In this document: positions 1 to 8,160 of the stretch, one piece after another
Layout of the letters: each line of letters starts with the position of its first letter
Numbering within the stretch: the first letter of the stretch is position 1
Source: a virus
Lineage: Duplodnaviria > Caudoviricetes
IMG/VR virus record: IMGVR_UViG_3300017678_000009
Span: 1-51,190 of that record
Reading direction: 5' to 3' (one strand)
Length of the DNA stretch: 51,190 bases
The notes under the pieces: model-generated
Databases searched by the model: none
The model's input: only the letters and a program-made list of their open reading frames with translations
What the model was told of the DNA's origin: nothing
Made by a program: the position numbers and the translations under genes

Positions 1-65
1 AAGCCTGCGATTCCACTGAAAACGCTGCAGCTGATGCACAAACGGCTCAGCAGTATGGAATTTTT

Positions 66-93
66 TTGACGGCTCGCGAAACCATTGTACGCT
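66..93 (+). promoter_or_regulatory. Putative sigma70 promoter for xre
   Basis: TTGACG-16 nt-TACGCT preceded by a T tract; GAGG SD before ATG 123. Confidence 0.45.
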
Positions 94-105
94 ACTGTGC
101 GTACA
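86..105. promoter_or_regulatory. Palindromic operator 1 (TGTACGC-N6-GCGTACA)
   Basis: Perfect 7-bp inverted repeat over the -10 element; same half-sites recur at 536-554. Confidence 0.65.
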
Positions 106-122
106 TACTTCAAGAGGTACTA

Positions 123-518
123 ATGCCGGACAACAGGCCATCACGAAACCCACAGAATGCACCGAGCATCGGTGCCCGGCTTCGCTCCCAGCGGGTGGAC
201 AAAATGGGAAAAAGCCTCCGTGATGTGGCCAAACTCGTCGGCTGTGCTCCGATTCATCTGTCTGACATTGAGACGGGCAAAAGATCGCCCTCCGACGAAC
301 TGCTTCAAGAGATCGCCCGCGTCTACCGCATCCCGGAGGCGGAGCTTCGAGCAGGATTCCATCGACCCGACAGCGACGTCATCCAGCTCGCAAGCGAGAA
401 TCCAGTCGCTGCCGAAAAGGTACCAATCTTCCTCCGCGAGGCCCGAGGTATCTCGGCCGAGCAATGGGACGCCCTTATCAAACAAGCCCGCAAGCTCCCT
501 CGTGACACCTCTGAGTAG
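123..518 (+). CDS. XRE-family HTH transcriptional regulator
   Basis: IGARLRSQR...SLRDVAKLVGCAPIHLSDIETGKRSPS..LL..IA is a classic HTH_3 pattern; ATG 123 has an SD. Confidence 0.9.
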   Translation: MPDNRPSRNPQNAPSIGARLRSQRVDKMGKSLRDVAKLVGCAPIHLSDIETGKRSPSDELLQEIARVYRIPEAELRAGFHRPDSDVIQLASENPVAAEKVPIFLREARGISAEQWDALIKQARKLPRDTSE

Positions 519-535
519 TTTCATTGCGCGCCGAG

Positions 536-554
536 TGTACGCAAGGTGCGTACA
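536..554. promoter_or_regulatory. Palindromic operator 2 (TGTACGC-N5-GCGTACA)
   Basis: TGTACGCA-AGG-TGCGTACA inverted repeat in the intergenic gap upstream of the Zn-ribbon/dam genes. Confidence 0.65.
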
Positions 555-588
555 TCGAGGCGTGAGTTCCTGAGACAGGAGAACACCA

Positions 589-792
589 GTGCAAGAACCC
601 CGCCGAATGACGCCTAGGTCCGCCAGTCGCAAGACGCCCGTTGAACCGCGATTAACGCCGAGGCGTGCCGCCCCGAACGAGCGGATGACACAGCAACTCC
701 TGTTCTGTTTTCGATGCGGATATCCCGCAGACGGCTCACGTCCAACCTGCGCCAAGTGTGGTGCTCCCCAATGCATCAGCTGTTCTGAATGA
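589..792 (+). CDS. Small Cys-rich zinc-ribbon protein
   Basis: AGGAG SD before GTG; CFRC...CAKC..QCISC motifs. Confidence 0.55.
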   Translation: MQEPRRMTPRSASRKTPVEPRLTPRRAAPNERMTQQLLFCFRCGYPADGSRPTCAKCGAPQCISCSE

Positions 793-802
793 GGAAGACG
801 CC

Positions 803-1375
803 ATGAAGAACAAAGACTCCCTACTCAACACTCAACCAGAAGCGACCAGCACAACGGCTGGCGAGCCGCAACGACTGGCTAGTCGCCAGAGCTCGGTGCA
901 TTTCTCTTCAGAGACCGATGAGTGGCCAACTCCGGGCAATCTGTTCGCTGAGCTCGATGCAGAGTTCCGCTTCACACTCGATGTCTGTGCCAGTGCAGAC
1001 AACGCGAAGTGCGAACGCTACTTCGATCGGAGGATGAACGGGTTGACCCAAACGTGGACCGGGATGTGCTGGATGAACCCACCTTATGGCAGGACGATCG
1101 GGCTTTGGATTCGGAAGGCTCACGAGTCGTCAATGGAGGGAGCAACTGTGGTTTGTCTGATTCCAGCAAGGACTGATACCGAGTGGTGGCACAAATATGT
1201 CGTGAAGGCGGACGAAGTGCGCTTCGTGCGAGGGCGACTTCGGTTCGGCAACGCCACGTCCGGGGCACCATTTCCATCGGCAATCGTCGTGTTCCGGGCA
1301 AGAACACCCAAGTCCACACATTTCAGCCGCGGGGTGTTTCTTCGTCGCGTTTCAGGCCCACAAGCTAGCTCGTAG
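803..1375 (+). CDS. Phage-type DNA N6-adenine methyltransferase (Dam family)
   Basis: DEWPTP, FTLDVCAS, WMNPPY, LIPARTDT.WWH, RFVRGRLRF and APFPS motifs. Confidence 0.93.
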   Translation: MKNKDSLLNTQPEATSTTAGEPQRLASRQSSVHFSSETDEWPTPGNLFAELDAEFRFTLDVCASADNAKCERYFDRRMNGLTQTWTGMCWMNPPYGRTIGLWIRKAHESSMEGATVVCLIPARTDTEWWHKYVVKADEVRFVRGRLRFGNATSGAPFPSAIVVFRARTPKSTHFSRGVFLRRVSGPQASS

Positions 1376-1474
1376 CCATTCGTTCACCAGCCATCGCGCA
1401 ACACCATCGGACGATCGAAGTCACGATGTTCCCGCAATGGAAGCTCCCGCAAACCCGACTGACTGGAGGTATCA

Positions 1475-1726
1475 ATGACGACGCCTACAAATCTGCAACC
1501 CATGCGGCCACCGGAACCTGACCGACTCACCGTGAGCCGTTCCGAAGCTGCGCGAATGCTCGGAATCAGTGAACGACTCCTCTGGACGTGGACGAACGCT
1601 GGGGTCATTCCCCACGTTCGCATCGGCGCGCGGGTTCTCTACCCGGTTGACCAGCTTCGCGAGTGGCTGTCTGACGCGACCAACCGCCACGAGACCCGAG
1701 GGACTCGGTCCCGACCGCGGATGTAA
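1475..1726 (+). CDS. xis: Excisionase-like HTH (HTH_17/MerR-like)
   Basis: VSRSEAARMLGISERLLW...IPHVRIGARVLY..DQLREWL; GGAGG SD; immediately upstream of an integrase. Confidence 0.85.
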   Translation: MTTPTNLQPMRPPEPDRLTVSRSEAARMLGISERLLWTWTNAGVIPHVRIGARVLYPVDQLREWLSDATNRHETRGTRSRPRM

Positions 1727-1775
1727 TCGAATAATCTCCACAGCACACGAGGCCGCGTCAGCGGCGGAGGCAGAT

Positions 1776-3302
1776 ATGGCATCAGTCTTCAAACGCCCGG
1801 GCCGAAAGAACTGGATCGCGCAGTGGTTCAACCACGACCGTACCCGACGATTCGAGCGATCAACAGGCACGACCGATCGCAAACTCGCCGAACGACTCGC
1901 CAACAAGTGGGAGAATCGCGAGATTGAGCGACGCGAAGGACTCATCGACGTTCGCGCTGAGTCTCTCGCCATCCACCAAGCCCAGCCGCTTTCGCATCAT
2001 CTCGCAGCGTTCATGGCATATCTCGAAGGCAAGGGAACCGCGACCCAGACGATCGACACCGCTGAGGCACGGATCAAGGCGATTCTCTCAGAAGGGAACA
2101 TGCTCACGATCCACGACCTCACGCCCGCGGGCGTCCTCGCGGCGATCAAGCGACTTCGTGTCCCGGGGCGAGTCACGCCCAAGGGCATCTCGAACAAGAC
2201 CGCGAGCCACTACATCACCGCCATCAAGAGCTTCAGCCGCTGGATGGTGCGCGACAAGAGGGCGGCCTTGGATGATCTGTCCAGTCTTCAAGGGTTCAAC
2301 GAGCAGACTGACCGTCGGCTTGTGCGTCGAGACCTTCAGCCTGAGGAGGTCGCACGGATACTCGAAGTGGCCAGCGAAAGCGAGTCCGTTCTTGTGGAGC
2401 GGCCGTATCGAACGGCTGAAAAGGAACGGAAAGTCGCCTTGATTCGGATGACAGTTCCAAATCGTGCCTGGGCGTACCGGATTGCAGCCGAGACAGGATT
2501 CCGTGCGTCCGAGGTCAGCAGTCTCACGCCGGAGAGCTTCGACCTCAACTCCGTCCCGCCAACCGTGACGGTCGCAGCCGCCTACTCAAAGCACAAGCGG
2601 ATGGACGTTCAACCCATCCGTCGGGAGTTTGCCGATTTGCTCGCAGGTTTTCTCAAGGGCAAGAGGAGAGGTGAGCGGCTCTTTCCCCTGCCACCGAGGA
2701 AGGCCGCTCTGCTCGTGCGGGCGGACATGGAGAATGCCCGAGCTCGGTGGATCGCCGAAGCGACCGACGAAGCGGATCGGGCGAAACGCCTCGACAGCGA
2801 TTTCCTGCGCCATAACGACCGCCAAGGCCGAGTGGTGGACTTCCATGGTCTGCGGCACACCTTCATCAGCCAACTTGTCCAGACGGGCGCCAGTGTCAAG
2901 GTTGCCCAGGAACTCGCCCGCCACAGCACGCCCACGCTGACCATCGGTCGCTACTCGCACACCCGCCGCGACGACCTTGCGGCAGCCCTCGAAGAACTTC
3001 CCGGCACTAGTGCTTTCGGAGCCCGGCCTTCGACCTCCGGGCAGATTGCTGGCGGCCAATTATCGTTGAATGTCCACGGCGACCACCAGCACCAGCACCA
3101 GCACAACATGACCAAAACGGGACGGCAAGCTGCCAGCGGCTGCGAGAGCGTGCGACGCCCACCCAAAGACAAGGCTCGCACAAAGTCCTTGACTTTCAGG
3201 GACTTCTGCGAGCCTGTGCGAACCGATGCCACACTATTCGTGAATGCCGAGTATCGACCTCATACTGGGCACGGATCGAACACAGTTAGCGGACCGACTT
3301 GA
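1776..3302 (+). CDS. int: Tyrosine integrase of the left element
   Basis: MASVFKR arm-binding N-terminus; TGFRASE (R), FHGLRH (HxxR), LARH and IGRY (Y); low-complexity tail runs across the att site. Confidence 0.95.
   Translation: MASVFKRPGRKNWIAQWFNHDRTRRFERSTGTTDRKLAERLANKWENREIERREGLIDVRAESLAIHQAQPLSHHLAAFMAYLEGKGTATQTIDTAEARIKAILSEGNMLTIHDLTPAGVLAAIKRLRVPGRVTPKGISNKTASHYITAIKSFSRWMVRDKRAALDDLSSLQGFNEQTDRRLVRRDLQPEEVARILEVASESESVLVERPYRTAEKERKVALIRMTVPNRAWAYRIAAETGFRASEVSSLTPESFDLNSVPPTVTVAAAYSKHKRMDVQPIRREFADLLAGFLKGKRRGERLFPLPPRKAALLVRADMENARARWIAEATDEADRAKRLDSDFLRHNDRQGRVVDFHGLRHTFISQLVQTGASVKVAQELARHSTPTLTIGRYSHTRRDDLAAALEELPGTSAFGARPSTSGQIAGGQLSLNVHGDHQHQHQHNMTKTGRQAASGCESVRRPPKDKARTKSLTFRDFCEPVRTDATLFVNAEYRPHTGHGSNTVSGPT
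3243..3251. repeat. Distal prophage att core AATGCCGAG (displaced tRNA 3' end)
   Basis: Identical to 51148-51156, which overlaps the tRNA acceptor 3' strand; lies exactly between the left integrase and the phage early genes. Confidence 0.75.
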
Positions 3303-3393
3303 AGAACTGGCACGACTTGTCCGGCTGCTCCGAAAGGAGGCGGCCGATGGTCAGTTCGAGCAGCGGAGAGGGTGGGATAGCAAGACTGGGTGA
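3244..3393 (+). CDS. 49-aa helical ORF beginning in the att core; the C-terminal segment of the phage integrase in the excised state
   Basis: MPSIDLILGTDRTQLADRLEELARLVRLLRKEAADGQFEQRRGWDSKTG*; its ATG is in the same frame as the int ATG at 51149; carries the AAGGAGG SD of the next gene. Confidence 0.55.
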   Translation: MPSIDLILGTDRTQLADRLEELARLVRLLRKEAADGQFEQRRGWDSKTG

Positions 3394-3688
3394 TGTCCCG
3401 TTCACGCGGGGACCGTACCAACAAGTCAAGATCACGCGAGGGAAGTACGCGGGTTGCATCGGCATCAAGCCGTCGCACCCGCTTGATCCGGCGTTTGCGT
3501 ACCTGCCGCCCGGACGCGATGACGTCCAGAAGGCGAATGCCGATCTGTTCGTAGCGGCTCCGGATCTGCACGCCGCGCTGACCAGAATCGCATACGAACC
3601 ATTCGGCGACGCTGAGGCATCGCACGCACAAGTGCTCCACGACATTACCTGCTACGCCCGCCGCGTTCTGAACGGGGGTGGAGCGTGA
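3347..3688 (+). CDS. Phage hypothetical protein
   Basis: AAAGGAGG SD; FTRGPY and ANADLFVAAPDL motifs common in phage early proteins. Confidence 0.75.
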   Translation: MVSSSSGEGGIARLGDVPFTRGPYQQVKITRGKYAGCIGIKPSHPLDPAFAYLPPGRDDVQKANADLFVAAPDLHAALTRIAYEPFGDAEASHAQVLHDITCYARRVLNGGGA

Positions 3689-3843
3689 TCCTCATCCTCC
3701 TCCTCATCGCCCTCATTGGCTTCGTCGTCGGCTTCGCAACGTGCTGGGTCATCTGTGTGCCCACTCGCGAGCTGCCACCCACAAACGGACCGCACACCAA
3801 GCTCGGACCTGGTGGCGCGTTCGACATCGACATCTTCGCCTGA
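3685..3843 (+). CDS. Small single-TM membrane protein (52 aa)
   Basis: GTGA overlap with upstream stop; MILILLLIALIGFVVGFATCWVICV hydrophobic stretch. Confidence 0.6.
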   Translation: MILILLLIALIGFVVGFATCWVICVPTRELPPTNGPHTKLGPGGAFDIDIFA

Positions 3844-3894
3844 TTCCAGGCATCACCACATCGCCGGCGTTCACGCCGCGCAGGAGCTTCTCAC

Positions 3895-4833
3895 ATGGCA
3901 ATTACCGCAACGCAGAAAGAACAACGCAACTTGGGCATCGGATCGTCCGACGCTCCCGCCCTTCTCAGCTTTGACCGCTGGGGCCGCACGCCTTACGACA
4001 TCTGGCTCGAGCGCACCGGCCAAGTCCCGCCTCGCACCGGCGACGAGTCCTTCATCATGGAGATCGGGACGGCGCTCGAGCCATTCATCTTGAAGAAGGC
4101 AAGCGAGAAGGTGGGAATGAAGGCCTTTGCCCCGACTTCAACGCTTGTCCACAAGAACGGCGTGATGCGGGCCAACGTCGATGGCATGTTTGACGCATTC
4201 AAGAAGGGCAAGCCGGTCTTGGAAGCGAAGTCCTCCCGCGTTGTGCGTGAGGGATTCGGCGAGCCTGGCACGGCGGAAGTGCCTGACGACATCATGTGCC
4301 AAGTGCAGCACCAGCTCGCTTGTGCGGAAAGCGACATTGCCTACGTCGCCAAAGTGGATTTCGTGTGGGGCCAGTTCGACATGTTCGTCGTCCCCCGCAA
4401 CGAAGACTACATCAAGATGCTTGAGGAAGCGGCCCTGACCTTGTGGGAGTGCATCAAGACGAAGCGCGAACCCACCGGGCATGGCTCGATGGACTATCTC
4501 AAGCAGATCAAGCGCACTGAAGGCAAGACAGTTGAGATTGCCGGCGACATCGTGAAGATGGAGCGAGAGGCGAAGCGGGTGCATGAAGAGGCGGAAGCGG
4601 CTTACGAAGCTGCCAAGGCTGCACTCGTCCAGGCTCTCGGCGATGCTGACGGTGCGACGACAAAGGACGGCTTCAAGATCAGCTACAAGAGCCAGTCACG
4701 AGCCGGCATCGACAAGGAGCTTCTCACCACCAAGTTCCCCGACGTCGCCAAGGAAGTCGCCACGTCCACGACGTTCCGCGTGCTTCGCGTCACTGCCCCG
4801 AGCACGAAGGGGAAGAAGGGGGGTGCATCTTGA
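3895..4833 (+). CDS. YqaJ-like viral recombination exonuclease
   Basis: GIGSSDAP, GTALEP, ANVDG, LEAKS and QVQHQL motifs; adjacent to bet. Confidence 0.92.
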   Translation: MAITATQKEQRNLGIGSSDAPALLSFDRWGRTPYDIWLERTGQVPPRTGDESFIMEIGTALEPFILKKASEKVGMKAFAPTSTLVHKNGVMRANVDGMFDAFKKGKPVLEAKSSRVVREGFGEPGTAEVPDDIMCQVQHQLACAESDIAYVAKVDFVWGQFDMFVVPRNEDYIKMLEEAALTLWECIKTKREPTGHGSMDYLKQIKRTEGKTVEIAGDIVKMEREAKRVHEEAEAAYEAAKAALVQALGDADGATTKDGFKISYKSQSRAGIDKELLTTKFPDVAKEVATSTTFRVLRVTAPSTKGKKGGAS

Positions 4834-5810
4834 CCGCACCAACTACCACGGCCCTGGCACACGCCCCTCGCGGCACTACCGCCATCGCTCCGTACCGCCT
4901 CTCCGAAGAGACGATGCAGATCCTGCGCGACTCGATGATGAAGGGCGCCAACGCCAGCGAACTCCAGGCGTTCCGCATGGTTGCGGAGAAGATGCAGCTT
5001 GACCCCATCGCCAAGCAGATTCACGCTGTCAAGCGTTGGGACAACAAAGAGCAGCGGCACGTCTGGACGTTCCAGACCAGCATCGACGGCTATCGCCTCA
5101 TTGCACAGCGCACTGGCGAGTATGAGGGGCAGACGCCCCCCGAGTGGTGCGCCAAGGACGGGGTGTGGAAAGATGTTTGGCTGTCAGACGATCACCCTGC
5201 CGCCGCTCGCGTGGGTGTGTTCCGCAAAGGCTTTCGCGAACCCCTCTTTGCCGTCGCCACCTTCGACCAGTACGTTCAAACTTACTACGACAGCGACAAC
5301 AAGAAGCACGTCATCAACAGCATGTGGACGAAGATGCCGGCGAACCAGCTCGCCAAGTGCGCCGAAGCACTCGCATTGCGCAAAGCCTTCCCCCAAGAAC
5401 TCAGCGCCGCGTACACCGACGACGAAATGGGGCAGGCAGACGCCGACGTTCACGAGCACGCACGCGAACCCCTCAACAACATCCAGGACACCACCGTCGT
5501 CAAAGCTCGTGCGACGGGCCTGGACTACATGAACGCCATGAAGGCGTGGACCAAGTACAAGGGCGGTTCTCAGTTGCTCAACAACGCCTGTGCTGAGTTT
5601 GGTGTCGCGACGGGCGTCGTCAGCAAGGGCCAAAAGCCGACCCTCCAGCAATACGCCCTGCTGATCGACTTTATCGAAGCCAACAAGCACCGCCCGTTTG
5701 ATGAGGCGATTCAACAGATCATCGACCCTCGCGCCCGCCAGGACGAAGGCGACAAGGGCGAGCATGACCAAAGCGACGACAGCAAGGCAGAGCCCGATTT
5801 CGTCGCCTGA
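4830..5810 (+). CDS. bet: Phage single-strand annealing protein Bet (RecT/Redbeta family)
   Basis: LDPIAKQIH, SIDGYRLIAQRTG.YEG and W.KMP..QLAKCAEALALRKAFP motifs. Confidence 0.93.
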   Translation: MTAPTTTALAHAPRGTTAIAPYRLSEETMQILRDSMMKGANASELQAFRMVAEKMQLDPIAKQIHAVKRWDNKEQRHVWTFQTSIDGYRLIAQRTGEYEGQTPPEWCAKDGVWKDVWLSDDHPAAARVGVFRKGFREPLFAVATFDQYVQTYYDSDNKKHVINSMWTKMPANQLAKCAEALALRKAFPQELSAAYTDDEMGQADADVHEHAREPLNNIQDTTVVKARATGLDYMNAMKAWTKYKGGSQLLNNACAEFGVATGVVSKGQKPTLQQYALLIDFIEANKHRPFDEAIQQIIDPRARQDEGDKGEHDQSDDSKAEPDFVA

Positions 5811-5926
5811 TCCATTCTCGTGCTGCGCGGTTATTCCCCCCGGCCGCGCGGCGCTTTCCTCCGAGCTTCAACACGAAAGGAGGCACCAGTGATATAGCAC
5901 ATTAGAACAGACACACTTCCAACATC

Positions 5927-5957
5927 GTTGCTCGCGCGGTGTAAGCACGCGAGCAGC
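5927..5957 (+). other. GNRA-capped intergenic hairpin
   Basis: GTTGCTCGCG/CGCGAGCAGC stem with GT-GTAA-GC apex; same architecture at 8885-8912. Confidence 0.5.
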
Positions 5958-5994
5958 ATTCCCCCTAACGCGGCACGGCCGCAAGGAGTTCAGT

Positions 5995-6216
5995 GTGAAT
6001 CAGAAGCCCAGCGTCGGTCGCATCGTTCACTACCAGGCTTACGGCACACCAGGCGGTGAGTTCCCGAGTGTTGCCCGTGCGGCCGTCATCACCGAGGTTT
6101 ACTCGGACACAGACATCGGCGTGTGCGTGCTGAACCCGCAAGGCATCTTCTTCAACCGCGTGCAGTACAGCGAAACGCCGAAGCCCGGCTGTTGGAACTG
6201 GCCCCCTCGCACGTGA
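5995..6216 (+). CDS. Conserved small phage protein
   Basis: AAGGAG SD; KPSVGRIVHY...AAVIT...W.WPPR pattern. Confidence 0.8.
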   Translation: MNQKPSVGRIVHYQAYGTPGGEFPSVARAAVITEVYSDTDIGVCVLNPQGIFFNRVQYSETPKPGCWNWPPRT

Positions 6217-6367
6217 TTAGCTACCCCCCTGTGATGAGTGTTGAGAGGCTTTGGGTTGCGTGGGGCTTGCGCTCGTGAGAACGCCCCGACCAACGCGAGA
6301 TCGAGCAGCAATCCAACACGGTGTCGAGCGGGGGGAACCCCGTTCGACGCTTTGAAAGGAGCCGAAT

Positions 6368-6637
6368 ATGGCACGCAAGCCAAGCGATTTCAACAAGGCG
6401 ACACACAGCGGTAAGGCTGTGCAGTGCCAGATCTGCAAACGCATGATCGGCCGCGGCAAGGCGAAGTACGTCTATCACGAGCAAGTCAGCAACTTCCGCG
6501 GCGAGGACATCACCCACACGCGATGCCCTGAGTGTGTCACCCGTGTGGGACGCCGGCATGAGGAACCCGAGCCCGATTACGGCGGCGTGCTTGGAGCGGA
6601 CGGACAGGTTCATTCGGACGCTGATGAAGGTCTGTGA
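6368..6637 (+). CDS. Small Zn-binding phage protein
   Basis: AAAGGAG SD; CQIC...CPEC; acidic tail. Confidence 0.7.
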   Translation: MARKPSDFNKATHSGKAVQCQICKRMIGRGKAKYVYHEQVSNFRGEDITHTRCPECVTRVGRRHEEPEPDYGGVLGADGQVHSDADEGL

Positions 6638-6648
6638 TTCTGATCTGC

Positions 6649-6787
6649 GCCGTGCGGGTACGGCCTAAGCGGCGAGAGTCGCACACCCGTGGCAGCCCGG
6701 AAAGACGGGCGTTCTCCTTATCTCCCCCGTGAGTCCGCGAGTCCTTCCTCGCGAGGCTCCCTGCCGGTGCAAGGTCCGGCCACGGGG
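6649..6787 (+). ncRNA. Putative structured leader RNA (nested GNRA hairpin, boxB-like hairpin, tRNA-like element)
   Basis: GCGGC-GAGA-GTCGC inside a longer stem; GCCCG-GAAAGA-CGGGC; CCCCGTG...CACGGGG closing two hairpins. Confidence 0.45.
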
Positions 6788-6794
6788 TTTCGCA

Positions 6795-7763
6795 ATGAGC
6801 AAGGATGCTTTCATTCCCCCGCTCCCCCCCGTGGAGCAACTCGTCGCCCCCGGCTGCTGGATGCAGCTCACGGCGCTGGAGGTTGGCGTCGCCACCCTCC
6901 TCCTCGCCGCGTCGTGGTCGCAGGGGTGCCTGCTTCCCAACGACGCGCATGCGCTCGCGGACATCTCCCGCGACTCGTCCTGGCTGCACGAAGAACGTGC
7001 CAGCAACCGGATGAAACACGCCCTTGGCATCCACGTCGATGCGCAAGGCTTGCTCTGCACTCACGCACGTCGAGTGTTCGACGCGCTGCACGAGCGACAC
7101 ACGGCCGTTTCGGCCAAGCGTGCCGCCGCCGGCCGCTCCGGCGCCGCCGCGAAGTGGGGGCAGAGACCCCCGCCCACATGGCAAATGCCATCGACCGGAT
7201 GGCAAATGCCATCGGGTATGGCAAATGCCACCCCGGCGCCATCTTCTGCGCCTTTGTCTTCAGCGCTTGAGCGCCCTGATTTATGCGCAAATGAAGGGCG
7301 CTCTAGCGCTGGCGCTGCTGTCGGCAAGCTGCACGCGGGGATTGACGCCCAGGTCGAGGCATCGCTCCGGTACTGGCGGATGACGCAAAGCAAGCGGATG
7401 CTGCTGGAGGCGTGCGAAGAGTGGGCGCGGCAGAAGAAGGACGTCGCCGACTACCACGCGACGTGCCACCGCATCGCGATGCACCCCAACGTCACGCCGG
7501 CCCTGGTCGAGATCGCCATCGCCCGTGCGAGCACGACCGAAGACCCATGCCCCAAACCGCTGGGTTACGTCATCAACGCACTGGGCGTGTCGAAGCGAGC
7601 ACGCGCCGCGCTCAAGCCCTATCTGGGAGACATGCCCGTGATCGAGCGGTGGGCGGAGTTGGAAGCCAAGGTTGCAGACGGCCGGCGTGCCCATGAAGCC
7701 GTCCGTGCGCTCGAGCTTCGCATCACGCGAGAGGATCAACAACAGGGGGTGAAGTGTGGGTAG
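6795..7763 (+). CDS. Putative replication initiator (YdaU/DUF1376-like N-terminus)
   Basis: LTALEVG..TLLLA.SWSQG.LLPND...LA.I and KRAAAGRSGAAAKW pattern; internal iteron-like repeats as in lambda O-type genes. Confidence 0.65.
   Translation: MSKDAFIPPLPPVEQLVAPGCWMQLTALEVGVATLLLAASWSQGCLLPNDAHALADISRDSSWLHEERASNRMKHALGIHVDAQGLLCTHARRVFDALHERHTAVSAKRAAAGRSGAAAKWGQRPPPTWQMPSTGWQMPSGMANATPAPSSAPLSSALERPDLCANEGRSSAGAAVGKLHAGIDAQVEASLRYWRMTQSKRMLLEACEEWARQKKDVADYHATCHRIAMHPNVTPALVEIAIARASTTEDPCPKPLGYVINALGVSKRARAALKPYLGDMPVIERWAELEAKVADGRRAHEAVRALELRITREDQQQGVKCG
7178..7230. repeat. Three near-palindromic repeats ATGGCAAATGCCA(TCG), putative replication iterons
   Basis: Copies start at 7178, 7199 and 7218 (spacing 21 and 19 nt). 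Confidence 0.65.
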
Positions 7764-8160
7764 ACGAAGCAGCGACATCAAGGCACGCTTTGACGACGAC
7801 ATGTGGCGTATGGGGCTCAGCCTCAAAGCGCTGCGCATTTCCCAAGATCTGATGCGATGCCTGGGCGAAGGGGGAGCGGCCAACGTCGCGATTGCGCTCC
7901 GTCAAGTCGCCGCCCGCTGCATTGATCTGAGCAACGAGTTTGACAAAGGCCCACCCCCGGAGGAAGTCGCAGACGAGCAGCGTTTGTTCGATGCGACTCA
8001 ACACGTTCATTCAACCCCCTTGCATGGAGAGCAACATGTCCAAAGAGAAACTGAAGTTTGCCCGCGGCAAACCGTTCCCGGTCGAAGTGTGCGATGCACT
8101 TCGCGAGCTGGTCGGCCGCAAGAGCGTGGCACAACAGAACCGCGAGAACGCATTTGCTGA
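7756..8160 (+). CDS. Hypothetical protein
   Basis: Start coupled to upstream gene end; 3' part overlaps the next gene. Confidence 0.55.
   Translation: MGRRSSDIKARFDDDMWRMGLSLKALRISQDLMRCLGEGGAANVAIALRQVAARCIDLSNEFDKGPPPEEVADEQRLFDATQHVHSTPLHGEQHVQRETEVCPRQTVPGRSVRCTSRAGRPQERGTTEPRERIC

Larger units (their letters stand above)
1..3251. mobile_element. Right end of an integrative element (IME or second prophage) originally adjoining the tRNA 3' end
   Basis: XRE, Dam, Xis and tyrosine integrase cluster ending at a copy of the tRNA 3'-end sequence AATGCCGAG; left boundary is outside the window. Confidence 0.75.

Noticed and set aside
123-518. XRE gene as the prophage repressor
   Set aside because: Lies outside the att repeat, and its operators were seen only in the left element; trans action cannot be excluded
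3084-3104. CACCAG tandem repeat (HQHQHQH) in the left integrase tail
   Set aside because: Could be arm-type sites, but the partner end is outside the window; not supportable
6621-6645. Hammerhead ribozyme (CTGATGA)
   Set aside because: Inside a CDS, with no stem II followed by GAAA
6725-6787. Functional tRNA gene
   Set aside because: No D arm, 6-nt anticodon-like loop, non-canonical T loop; kept only as a tRNA-like element
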